A DNA stretch of 64,000 nucleotides from Candidatus Omnitrophota bacterium. GTDB lineage: Bacteria > Omnitrophota > Gorgyraeia > Zapsychrales > Zapsychraceae. How positions within the stretch are numbered: position 1 is the stretch's first letter; each line of letters opens with the position of its first letter. Shown piece by piece: positions 1 through 8,271 of this stretch. The position numbers and the translations under genes are program-made. Under the pieces are notes generated by a model, which saw nothing but the letters and a program-made list of their open reading frames with translations, was not told the origin of the DNA and ran no database searches. The DNA lies in assembly GCA_029261065.1 (NCBI GenBank), contig JAJDCB010000026.1, positions 166,320-230,319 of the forward strand. The letters are read 5' to 3'.

Positions 1-484
1 ATCAGCGAAGGATGCAGCGATAGCTTTAAAGCCATTAGCTGGTCCGTATGCGAGTATGTTATTTTCCTTCGGATTATTTATCGCCTCCATTTTTGCAGCA
101 TCGATATTACCATTATCGACAGCTTATAGTGTTTGTGAGGGGATGGGGTGGGATGCGGGCATTGATAAGAGATTTGAGGAGGCCCCTGAATTTTTCTGGA
201 TGTATGCTTTTATGATTATTGTTGGGGCTGGAGTCGTTTTGCTTCCTAAATTTCCTCTACTCAGCGTTATGTATTTTTCACAAGTAGGTAATGGGATATT
301 GCTGCCCTTTGTTCTGTTATTAATGCTTGCTCTTATTAATAATAAAGAAATCATGGGTGAGGATTTTGTGAACACCAGATCTCTAAATGTTATAACTTGG
401 ATCGCCGTTGTTGCCATTATTGTGATCACTATCGTTATGGTTGTATTTACATTCATGTATTCTTCGAAAGTAACCGTGATATAA
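1..484 (+). CDS. mntH: NRAMP-family divalent metal (Mn2+/Fe2+) transporter MntH, C-terminal part (gene starts upstream of window)
   Basis: Frame is open from nt 2. PLAG motif near the start. C-terminal tail KEIMGEDFVNTRSLNVITWIAVVAII closely resembles the MntH tail KRLMGEFVNSRLVAIISWIIAVLII. Several TM helices. Confidence 0.75.
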   Translation, partial: SAKDAAIALKPLAGPYASMLFSFGLFIASIFAASILPLSTAYSVCEGMGWDAGIDKRFEEAPEFFWMYAFMIIVGAGVVLLPKFPLLSVMYFSQVGNGILLPFVLLLMLALINNKEIMGEDFVNTRSLNVITWIAVVAIIVITIVMVVFTFMYSSKVTVI

Positions 485-604
485 AGGGGTCAAAAATCTT
501 GACAGGGGCTAGGGGGTGTGTTAAAAAAAATTATTAATAATGAATATGAAAAAAGGCTTTATTATTGAAATTCAATGAAAATTTTTTAATCACATAGAAA
601 ACGT

Positions 605-637
605 CCGGAACCTTATAGATAAGGTTCCTTTTTTTTG
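605..637 (+). terminator. Rho-independent terminator downstream of mntH
   Basis: Stem GGAACCTT / AAGGTTCC with a 6-nt loop, followed by T8. It ends 2 nt before the ATG of the next gene. Confidence 0.6.
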
Positions 638-639
638 TT

Positions 640-1683
640 ATGAAAATAGGTATTACCTACGATTTAAAAGAAGACTGGGGTCATAAACAAGGGGATCCCT
701 TTGATGCGAATGCTGAATTTGATAAGCCAGAAACAGTTGATCGGGTTATCAAGGCGTTTGAGGATGGCGGGCATCGCGTTAAGAGGATCGGCAACGTTTA
801 TCAGTTGTTAAAGAAGATAGATCAACTTGATGTGGATATTGTTTTTAATATGTGTGAAGGTCGCGTTGGACGTAATCGTGAGATGCAGGTTCCTGTATTG
901 CTTGAGATGTTTGATATTCCTTTCGTTGGTGCTGATGCGTTAACCCTTGGGTTGACACTCGATAAAGTTGTTACTAAGAAAATTTTTGTCTCAGAAAATA
1001 TGCCAACGGCCCGTTGTTGTGCGGTAACAGAGAATCAAGATCTTGATGAGGCTTCTTTAAATAAGTTATTGCAAAAGCATCAACTTAATTTTCCTTTGAT
1101 GGTCAAGACATCCTATGAGGGTTCATCAAAGGGTATTACTCAGGATTCACGTGTTGAAGATGGGATAAGTTTGTTGCGACAGATTAAATGGGTTCATGAC
1201 AATTATCATCAAACAGCTTTAGTGGAGGAGTTTATTCGCGGAACAGAATTTACAGTTGCTGTTTTAGGAAATGAGGGTGCCCAAGGCATGCCCGTTTTAC
1301 AGTATGCGATGGATGGAAAGCTAGATTTAGGGGATGAAATATATACAGCGCAACGATTAGCTGATTTGTCCGTGGAATACATTTGTCCGGCGAAGATCTC
1401 TAATGAGCAGGCTCAACAGTTAAAAGATTTGGCGGTTGAAGCGTATCGCGCGGTTGGTTGTCGTGACTTTGGTCGTGTTGATTTTCGTGTCGATGAAAAG
1501 GGAACTCCTTTTATCTTAGAGGTTAATCCTCTTCCGAGTTTGGAGGTTAACGATTGTATTGATTTGTTTCCACCCGTAATAGGTTCGACATTTGAGAAGA
1601 CTATGAATGACATTGTTTCTTTTGCTGTGAAAAGATATCAACAAAAAAGAGAAATGTTTAGTTTAACTGGTACTAAATTATGA
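640..1683 (+). CDS. ATP-grasp enzyme of the D-alanine--D-alanine ligase family (Ddl-like, substrate unknown)
   Basis: N-terminus MKIGITYDLKEDW. C-terminal ATP-grasp motifs GCRDFGRVDFRVDEKGTPFILEVNPLP. Overlaps the downstream aminomutase gene by 4 bp, implying an operon. Confidence 0.6.
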   Translation: MKIGITYDLKEDWGHKQGDPFDANAEFDKPETVDRVIKAFEDGGHRVKRIGNVYQLLKKIDQLDVDIVFNMCEGRVGRNREMQVPVLLEMFDIPFVGADALTLGLTLDKVVTKKIFVSENMPTARCCAVTENQDLDEASLNKLLQKHQLNFPLMVKTSYEGSSKGITQDSRVEDGISLLRQIKWVHDNYHQTALVEEFIRGTEFTVAVLGNEGAQGMPVLQYAMDGKLDLGDEIYTAQRLADLSVEYICPAKISNEQAQQLKDLAVEAYRAVGCRDFGRVDFRVDEKGTPFILEVNPLPSLEVNDCIDLFPPVIGSTFEKTMNDIVSFAVKRYQQKREMFSLTGTKL

Positions 1684-2840
1684 ATCCCCTTGAGTCTCTT
1701 AAAGAAGAAGTCGTTGTTCGTTTGACCCCAAAAGAAAATAGAGTTATTGCTTCTTTTAAAGATGCCACACCTCTTGACTGGGAAGATTGGCGTTGGCAGT
1801 TGCGTAATCGTATTCGATCATTAGATGTTTTAAAAAAAGTTGTTAACCTTACCCTTCAAGAGGAAAAAGGGATTGTTGGTTGTGGGGATAAATTAACAAT
1901 GTCGATCCCACCTTACTTTGCGAGTCTCATGGACGCGGATGATCCAAAATGTCCGATCCGTTTACAAAGCGTTCCGCTTGGTTATGAATTAGAAACATCC
2001 GCTGAGGAGATGAAAGATCCTTGTGGGGAAGATGATCATTCACCCGTACATGGTTTGGTTCATCGTTATCCGGATCGTGTTTTGTTTTTAGTTAATGAAA
2101 TGTGTGCGATGTATTGTCGTTACTGTACGCGTTCGCGAATGGTCGGAGATGGTAAGCGGACGTTAAGTAAAGAAACTTATGAAGCAGCTTTCGATTATAT
2201 TCGATCAAATAAAAAGATTCGCGATGTCCTTATCTCCGGTGGCGATCCTTTAACAATGAGTGATCGGATGTTGGAATACATTATCAGCACATTAAAATCA
2301 ATTCCACATGTTGAGTTTGTTCGCATCGGCACGCGAATTCCTGTAACCCTTCCTCAAAGAATTACGTTTGATTTGGTTAACATGCTTAAAAAATATAGCC
2401 CTATCTGGATGAGCATACATTTTAATCATGCAAAAGAAATCACCAAGCGTGTTAAATTTGCGTGTGATTTATTAGCCGATAGCGGAATTCCATTAGGTAG
2501 TCAGACCGTGTTGCTAAAGGGGATTAATGATAAGCCCTCGATCATGAAGAAGTTGATGCACGAGTTATTAAAGATCCGCGTTCGTCCGTATTACATTTAC
2601 CAATGTGATCCCATTCTAGGATCCAAACATTTTCGCACCCCTGTGTCTGTTGGTATCAACATCATGGAAAAACTTCGCGGCCACACCACAGGCTACGCCG
2701 TTCCCACCTACGTCATCGACGGCCCAGGCGGAGGCGGCAAAATCCCCATCAACCCCAACTACATCATCGCCCGAGATGAAAACAAATACATCCTGCGTAA
2801 TTTTGCCAACCAAGAATTCCACTACGTCGATCCCCAATAA
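1680..2840 (+). CDS. KamA/EpmB-family lysine 2,3-aminomutase-like radical SAM enzyme
   Basis: CxxxCxxC radical SAM motif (CAMYCRYCTRS). PLP-binding-like region. The overall sequence resembles L-lysine 2,3-aminomutase. Confidence 0.7.
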   Translation: MNPLESLKEEVVVRLTPKENRVIASFKDATPLDWEDWRWQLRNRIRSLDVLKKVVNLTLQEEKGIVGCGDKLTMSIPPYFASLMDADDPKCPIRLQSVPLGYELETSAEEMKDPCGEDDHSPVHGLVHRYPDRVLFLVNEMCAMYCRYCTRSRMVGDGKRTLSKETYEAAFDYIRSNKKIRDVLISGGDPLTMSDRMLEYIISTLKSIPHVEFVRIGTRIPVTLPQRITFDLVNMLKKYSPIWMSIHFNHAKEITKRVKFACDLLADSGIPLGSQTVLLKGINDKPSIMKKLMHELLKIRVRPYYIYQCDPILGSKHFRTPVSVGINIMEKLRGHTTGYAVPTYVIDGPGGGGKIPINPNYIIARDENKYILRNFANQEFHYVDPQ

Positions 2841-2906
2841 GCTTTTATTGTTGTGAAGCCTAAAATATTGTCATATGTTATACTTTAATTTTAATTAATC
2901 GTAAGA

Positions 2907-3836
2907 ATGGTAGAGATTATGAGGATTCTTAAAATTTATTTAATACTATTGTGTTTAGTCTTTGTTTATCCAGCGCAAATAAGCCATGCAAAGTCGGTAA
3001 GTCAACGTTTGAAAGAGGATTGGGAGAGACGACAACTGGAAAAGCGAGAGGGATCTAAAAATAGTTCCTCAAAGGATAAAAAAAAGCGTAAATCAAATAA
3101 GTTTAAGAATCCTCTAAAGAAGGAGAAATACAAAAAAGTAGGAAGGTTTAGGCTTTTTGATGACAAGCTCTCTGCCGATGAATTTACTCAGTTTTTAGAG
3201 GGCGTTGAATACATGGATCGATTTTATGCCAAAATGGGAGCATCCGTAAAGCGCTTAAATATGAGAATGTTTACAGATAAAGATCGGTATGACGAATATT
3301 ACAACAAAAATTTCAGGGGGTCTAAAAAACATATAGCGAATGCCTATTATTCGTCAAGAAAAAATGAGATGGTGGTATATAAACATTGGAATTTTATGCG
3401 GAGTTTCTACCATGAATATTCTCATGCTTTTTATCGGGATATCATTCCTAAAGGAGCCCCACGGTGGCTTAATGAGGGCTTGGCTGAATACTTTGAAGGG
3501 ATGAAATTTCATTCGAGAAGCCGTGTTACTATTAGTCCACAGCGAGGAAGATTATTAACTGTTAGAGGATGGAAAGGTCGTTTGCCGAATTATGTTGAAG
3601 ATATCATGACGTTATCCTTCAGGAATTTTAAGGCAAAATATGATGATTCAAATTACAACGCTTATACAATATCTTGGGCCATAGCTTATTTTATTCTAAA
3701 ACAAACCCGTGGGGAGCATATTATGGAAAAGTTTTTAAAGGGAATTGCTAGGGGGCGTACGTCAAAGGAAGCTATTGGTGCTGCATATCCAGGGGGGTAC
3801 TCAAGTTTTATTGAGGATTTCTCAGCATTTTATTAG
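2907..3836 (+). CDS. Secreted putative gluzincin-type zinc metallopeptidase with a lysine-rich N-terminal low-complexity segment
   Basis: Signal peptide. HExxH motif (HEYSH) with a downstream NEGLAEYF third-ligand Glu motif. K-rich stretch KDKKKRKSNKFK. Confidence 0.45.
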   Translation: MVEIMRILKIYLILLCLVFVYPAQISHAKSVSQRLKEDWERRQLEKREGSKNSSSKDKKKRKSNKFKNPLKKEKYKKVGRFRLFDDKLSADEFTQFLEGVEYMDRFYAKMGASVKRLNMRMFTDKDRYDEYYNKNFRGSKKHIANAYYSSRKNEMVVYKHWNFMRSFYHEYSHAFYRDIIPKGAPRWLNEGLAEYFEGMKFHSRSRVTISPQRGRLLTVRGWKGRLPNYVEDIMTLSFRNFKAKYDDSNYNAYTISWAIAYFILKQTRGEHIMEKFLKGIARGRTSKEAIGAAYPGGYSSFIEDFSAFY

Positions 3837-3856
3837 AAGTTATCTATTTAGGGTTT

Positions 3857-3910
3857 ACCTTTGTTTGACAGTAAAGGTTTAATATGGTATCCTTTACTTG
3901 AAAGTAAAGG
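3857..3910. promoter_or_regulatory. Putative vapBC promoter with two operator-like palindromes
   Basis: Consensus TTGACA at 3865-3870. Palindrome ACCTTT-N10-AAAGGT at 3857-3878 and CCTTTAC-N6-GTAAAGG at 3891-3910. RBS GGGAGG lies before the ATG at 3920. Confidence 0.35.
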
Positions 3911-3919
3911 GAGGTCAGA

Positions 3920-4189
3920 ATGGTCACAAAACAAATAAAAATTTCATCAAAAAATCAAATTACAATTCCTCAAACGGTTTTGAAAAAATTAGGTGTTGGA
4001 CCCGGTGATGCTATACAGTTGAATATAGAGGGTCAACATGCAGAAATTCTTGTGGCCAAAAGAAAGCAATTGTCCGCGTTAGATTTAGGAAAAAAGTTTA
4101 AGAGCCACCCTAAAAAGGTTTTGTCTATAAAGCAGATTAATCAGGCTATCGTTGATGGTTATAAAGATTTGGCCGGTAAAAATAGATGA
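3920..4189 (+). CDS. vapB: AbrB/MazE-fold (SpoVT-AbrB) antitoxin VapB
   Basis: N-terminal swapped-hairpin DNA-binding motif (KISSKNQITIPQTVLKKLGVGPGD). 89 aa. Overlaps the PIN gene by 4 bp. Confidence 0.65.
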   Translation: MVTKQIKISSKNQITIPQTVLKKLGVGPGDAIQLNIEGQHAEILVAKRKQLSALDLGKKFKSHPKKVLSIKQINQAIVDGYKDLAGKNR

Positions 4190-4575
4190 AGGTTGCCGTA
4201 GATACGAATATTGTTTTAAGGCTTATTCTCGAAGACAACAAGGATCAGCTGTCAAAAGCTAGAAAAATTGTTAGGGATAATAAGGATGAGGGATCAATTT
4301 TTATCAGCTCGTTGGTTTTCCTTGAAATGTATTTTGTTTTAACCAAACTTCTTGGTTGGGATAAAGCACTCGTTTATCAGGCCTTTGAGGACATCTTATG
4401 TGTAAGAGAATTTAGTTTTGAGAATGAAATAGCCATTAGAATGGCCATATCGGATGTAAGAAAAAATCTTGATTTTAGCGATGCCCTCATTGGTCAGGTT
4501 GGAAACTCGAGAAATTTAAAGACATATACTTTCGATAAGCAATTAAAATCTGATACGGCTTTCATCGTCATATAG
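4186..4575 (+). CDS. vapC: PIN-domain toxin VapC
   Basis: Begins MKVAVDTNIVL, the classic PIN N-terminal acidic motif. 129 aa. Translationally coupled to the upstream antitoxin. Confidence 0.7.
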   Translation: MKVAVDTNIVLRLILEDNKDQLSKARKIVRDNKDEGSIFISSLVFLEMYFVLTKLLGWDKALVYQAFEDILCVREFSFENEIAIRMAISDVRKNLDFSDALIGQVGNSRNLKTYTFDKQLKSDTAFIVI

Positions 4576-4591
4576 GAGCAGTTTTACCAAG

Positions 4592-4636
4592 AACCGATTC
4601 CACTTCCGAAGTGGAATCGGTTTATTTGTTTTTTTC
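4592..4636 (+). terminator. Rho-independent terminator after vapC
   Basis: Perfect ~13-15 bp stem AACCGATTCCACTTC / GAAGTGGAATCGGTT followed by a T-rich run. Confidence 0.65.
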
Positions 4637-4730
4637 TAAATATATAGTACTCTTAACTATAGAGTAAAGTTTGACGCTTGAGGGTCTCTGTGTTAAGATA
4701 TCGCCATTCATTTTTAGGAGGAGGAAAAAT

Positions 4731-5033
4731 ATGAAAAAAATTGAAGCGATTGTACGAGATGAGAAGTTTGATGATATTATCAAGGCTTTGGAAGACTCGG
4801 GAATAGGTGGCATAACTGTAACGGAGGCAATGGGTTTTGGGCGTCATCGTAATGGCTTGAAGAAGAAAATGAAGCTAGAGATTTATTGTGATGAGTTTCA
4901 GGTCGATAAGGTTGTTGAGATGATTCGACGTCACGGCAAGACAGATACCACGGGAGATGGCAAAATTGCCGTTATTCGGCTTGAACAATTGTTCCGCATT
5001 CGTACCGGTGAGCAAGGGGCTAATGCGATTTAG
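4731..5033 (+). CDS. PII (GlnB-like) family signal-transduction protein with a short T-loop
   Basis: MKKIEAIVRDEKFDDIIKALEDSGIGGITVTEAMGFGR closely follows the PII N-terminus. C-terminal IRIRTGE motif. The T-loop segment is shorter than in GlnB/GlnK. RBS AGGAGG, preceded by TTGACG-17-TAAGAT. Confidence 0.6.
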   Translation: MKKIEAIVRDEKFDDIIKALEDSGIGGITVTEAMGFGRHRNGLKKKMKLEIYCDEFQVDKVVEMIRRHGKTDTTGDGKIAVIRLEQLFRIRTGEQGANAI

Positions 5034-5141
5034 GAGTGTTTTTAAGAAAAAGAAATTCGTTTACTTTTTAAGGAACTGTAATATAATAGCTAAATAATTT
5101 TTAAAGAGAAAAATAAAAAGAGAAAAGGCGGTGTTAGTTAG

Positions 5142-5300
5142 ATGATTGAAGTTAAAGTAAATGATCCTCACAACTTCGAAAAAGCTATGAAAATCTTTAA
5201 GAAAGCCTGTCAAAAAGACGGTTTTATGATGGAACTTAAAGACAGGCAATACTATAGCAAACCTTCGGAAAAAAAGAGACATAAGGGTAAGAAACGATAA
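5142..5300 (+). CDS. rpsU: 30S ribosomal protein S21
   Basis: 52-aa ORF MIEVKVNDPHNFEKAMKIFKKACQKDGFMMELKDRQYYSKPSEKKRHKGKKR, which matches the S21 pattern. Absent from the ORF track because it is under 60 aa. Confidence 0.8.
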   Translation: MIEVKVNDPHNFEKAMKIFKKACQKDGFMMELKDRQYYSKPSEKKRHKGKKR

Positions 5301-5422
5301 CCCTTTTTTTGAATACAGAATTTATGGCTTTGTGCCGTGGGTATTTGCTAAGTGCTTTTTAAAAGTGCCAAGCTAGAAGACTCATAGCCCAAAGCCATTT
5401 CCTTTCCCAAATTTTTAACAAT

Positions 5423-6979
5423 ATGATTAAAGTCAAACGTGCACTTATTAGTGTTTCCAATAAGAAAGGGCTTCTCCCTTTCGTGAAAGGCCTTCACGCC
5501 CTTGGTGTAGATATGATCTCTACCGGAGGCACAGCCCGCCTTATTAGAGAAGCAGGCCTTCCTGTAACTGAAGTTTCCGATTACACCGGTTTTCCCGAAA
5601 TGCTTGATGGACGTGTGAAAACCCTACATCCCAAAATCCACGGTGGTCTTCTCGCATTACGAGATAAGATCGAACATATGACACATATCAAAAAGCATGA
5701 GATTGAATTGATTGATATGGTTGTTGTTAATTTGTATCCATTTGAAAGTGTGACTCAAAAGAAAAATGTTAGTTTAGAAGAAGCTATAGAAAACATTGAT
5801 ATTGGTGGGCCTTCCATGTTACGTTCGGCAGCAAAGAATTATAAAAGTGTTGCCGTTGTTTCCAATCCTGTGCGGTACAACGATATTTTAGTTGAACTTG
5901 ATACCAATTCTGGACTAATGTCTGATAGCGTTTTGTACAATCTTGCCGTTGAAGCCTTTGAACACACCGCGCGGTATGATACCATCATCTCTCAATTTTT
6001 GAACCAACGTAAGACAAGCAAAGAATTTGGTCAACTTCCTCAAGAGATGGATTTTCAGTTTGAGAAGATTCAAGATTTGCGTTATGGAGAGAATCCTCAT
6101 CAAGCGGCATCCTTTTATAAATCAGAAGGGAAGGCTTTTGGGTTAGCGAATATTAAACAGCTTCACGGTAAGGAATTGTCGTTTAATAATATTTTAGATT
6201 TGAATGCAGCTGTTGAATTTATCAAAGGTTTCAATGAGCCGGCAGCTGTTGTCATCAAACACAATAACCCGACAGGCGTTGCGATTGATAAAACATTGGC
6301 GCAAGCGTATAAACAAGCTTGGGCGTGTGATAAGATTTCTGCCTTTGGTGGTATTATTGGATTAAACAAAAAAGTAGACGAACAAACAGCTCTCGCGATT
6401 TCCAAAAGTGGTTTTATGGAATGTGTTATTGCTCCAGGCTTTGGGAATGACGCTCTTAAAGTTTTAAAGAAAAAAAAGAATTTGCGGTTGGTTGAGTTAA
6501 AATTGAAGGATTTAAAGCAGCAATCTTATGATCTTAAGAAAGTCATTGGCGGGTTATTGGTTCAGGAATTTGATGCGCGAGATATAAAGTCGGAAGAATT
6601 AAGGATTGCAACGAAGAAAAAGCCTACCAAAGCACAATTAGATTCATTATTGTTTGGTTGGCGCGTTATTAAGAACGTTAAATCTAATGCGATTATCCTC
6701 GTCAAGGGAACGCGAACGGTTGGAATTGGTTGCGGACAAACCTCACGTGTGGAAAGCGTTAATATTGCCATCGATAAAGCAGGTCCTCAAACGAAAGGCT
6801 CTTCTCTTATCTCCGATGCCTTCATCCCCAAAACAGACAATGTGACTCTTGCTGCAAAAGCAGGTATTAAAGCCATCATCCAAACCGGGGGATCGATTGC
6901 CGATGAAGATGTTATTAAGGCGGCCGACAAGGCTGGCATAGCCATGGTTTTAACAGGTGTCAGACATTTCAAACATTAA
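5423..6979 (+). CDS. purH: Bifunctional AICAR transformylase / IMP cyclohydrolase
   Basis: N-terminus MIKVKRALISVSNKKGL (MGS-like domain) and a C-terminal AICARFT domain. 518 aa. Confidence 0.9.
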   Translation: MIKVKRALISVSNKKGLLPFVKGLHALGVDMISTGGTARLIREAGLPVTEVSDYTGFPEMLDGRVKTLHPKIHGGLLALRDKIEHMTHIKKHEIELIDMVVVNLYPFESVTQKKNVSLEEAIENIDIGGPSMLRSAAKNYKSVAVVSNPVRYNDILVELDTNSGLMSDSVLYNLAVEAFEHTARYDTIISQFLNQRKTSKEFGQLPQEMDFQFEKIQDLRYGENPHQAASFYKSEGKAFGLANIKQLHGKELSFNNILDLNAAVEFIKGFNEPAAVVIKHNNPTGVAIDKTLAQAYKQAWACDKISAFGGIIGLNKKVDEQTALAISKSGFMECVIAPGFGNDALKVLKKKKNLRLVELKLKDLKQQSYDLKKVIGGLLVQEFDARDIKSEELRIATKKKPTKAQLDSLLFGWRVIKNVKSNAIILVKGTRTVGIGCGQTSRVESVNIAIDKAGPQTKGSSLISDAFIPKTDNVTLAAKAGIKAIIQTGGSIADEDVIKAADKAGIAMVLTGVRHFKH

Positions 6980-6981
6980 TC

Positions 6982-8271
6982 ATGACGTTTTTAGAAGCGC
7001 AAAGCGTTCTTAATTCTTTTATCGATTTAGAAAAATCTCTAAATCACCGGGATCCCTCTGAGTTTAAATTAGATCGCATCAAACATCTGCTGCAACTCTT
7101 AGATAATCCTCATCAACATTTAAAAATTATTCATGTTGCCGGTTCCAAAGGCAAGGGTTCAACGTGTGCCATGACGGCGCATATTTTAAAGGAAGCCGGA
7201 TATAAAGTTGGTTTATATACCTCACCGCATTTATATCATTTTCGAGAACGCATCCGTTTGCTTGATAGAACGATACAGTCGTCGGAGGGGAGTGATGTTT
7301 TTTTAGATTGTATTAGTGAGCAACAATTTGCAGAGGTGTTAACGGAGATGTTGCCAGCGATTGAGAGTGTCCGTTTAAAGTTTGAGTTGGGTTCGTTGAC
7401 ATTTTATGAAGTGATCACGGCTTTAGCGTTGTATCATTTTAGTAAACAGATGGCAGACATTGTTATTTTAGAAACAGGGTTGGGTGGTCGTTTTGATGCT
7501 ACCAATGTTGTCTCGGCGATGGTGTGTGCGATAACGGCAATTGGTCTTGAACATACAAAGTTGCTTGGAGGAACTGTTGAAGCTATTTCGCGTGAGAAGA
7601 TTGCTATTGTGAAGACGGGCAAGGAGAGGGTTGTTGTGCAAAAGCAAGATCATGCAATTAATGAAGCCATTAATCAACATTGTAAAAAGTTAGCCATTGA
7701 TCCGTTCTGGGTTGAAGAAGAATGTATGGATTATGAGATACCGTTGCTGGGAAAACATCAACGGCGGAACTTAGCTGTTGCCGTGGCCATTGTTGAAGAA
7801 GTTAAATCTTTGGGTTACAACATTTCAACGGAAGCGATTAAGCGTGGGGCGCAAGGCGTATTTTGGCCAGGGCGAATAGAGGTTATTCAAAAGAATCCTT
7901 TATGGATTATTGATGGTGCTCACACATTAGATTCTGTAAAAGAATTGGTTGAAACTATGAAAGAATTATTCCCTGATCAGAAGGCACTTCTTGTTGTTGG
8001 TATGTCAGATGATAAAAACTTTAAGGAATTATTAGAAGAATTAAAACCGATTGTTCAAAAACTCATCATGACAAAATCCAATCATCCTCGAGCTCGTTTA
8101 TTTGACGAACAGCAATTAAATGGTATATTTGAAGATATTCCTATAACGTATATAAATAGTGTTAAAGAAGTGACAGAATATCTGGCAACTCAAAATGATG
8201 TTGCCTTGTTTACGGGTTCAATTTTTATGATTGCAGAGGTTAGAAAACTATGTACCAATATCAAAGTCTAG
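6982..8271 (+). CDS. folC: Folylpolyglutamate synthase / dihydrofolate synthase
   Basis: Mur-ligase P-loop HVAGSKGKGST. 429 aa. Overlaps mnmE by 22 nt. Confidence 0.85.
   Translation: MTFLEAQSVLNSFIDLEKSLNHRDPSEFKLDRIKHLLQLLDNPHQHLKIIHVAGSKGKGSTCAMTAHILKEAGYKVGLYTSPHLYHFRERIRLLDRTIQSSEGSDVFLDCISEQQFAEVLTEMLPAIESVRLKFELGSLTFYEVITALALYHFSKQMADIVILETGLGGRFDATNVVSAMVCAITAIGLEHTKLLGGTVEAISREKIAIVKTGKERVVVQKQDHAINEAINQHCKKLAIDPFWVEEECMDYEIPLLGKHQRRNLAVAVAIVEEVKSLGYNISTEAIKRGAQGVFWPGRIEVIQKNPLWIIDGAHTLDSVKELVETMKELFPDQKALLVVGMSDDKNFKELLEELKPIVQKLIMTKSNHPRARLFDEQQLNGIFEDIPITYINSVKEVTEYLATQNDVALFTGSIFMIAEVRKLCTNIKV

Noticed and set aside
124-456. Antisense or alternative-frame ORFs of 60-125 aa overlapping confidently called genes
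   Set aside because: Examples are 124-456(-), 1413-1613(-), 2616-2837(-), 13380-13667(+), 33402-33779(-), 55443-55697(-) and 55827-56078(-). They are low-complexity or mirror the codon bias of the sense gene, lack RBS or start context, and sit entirely inside well-supported CDSs. Treated as spurious. The 55443/55827 pair are similar to each other only because they mirror the REC-REC duplication.
540-580. 12-codon mini-ORF (MNMKKGFIIEIQ) between a TTGACA-like element and the terminator at 605-637, considered as a leader-peptide attenuator for the ATP-grasp/aminomutase operon
   Set aside because: Only two Lys codons and no alternative antiterminator pairing that I can see. The hairpin is more simply the mntH terminator. 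Kept only as a note.
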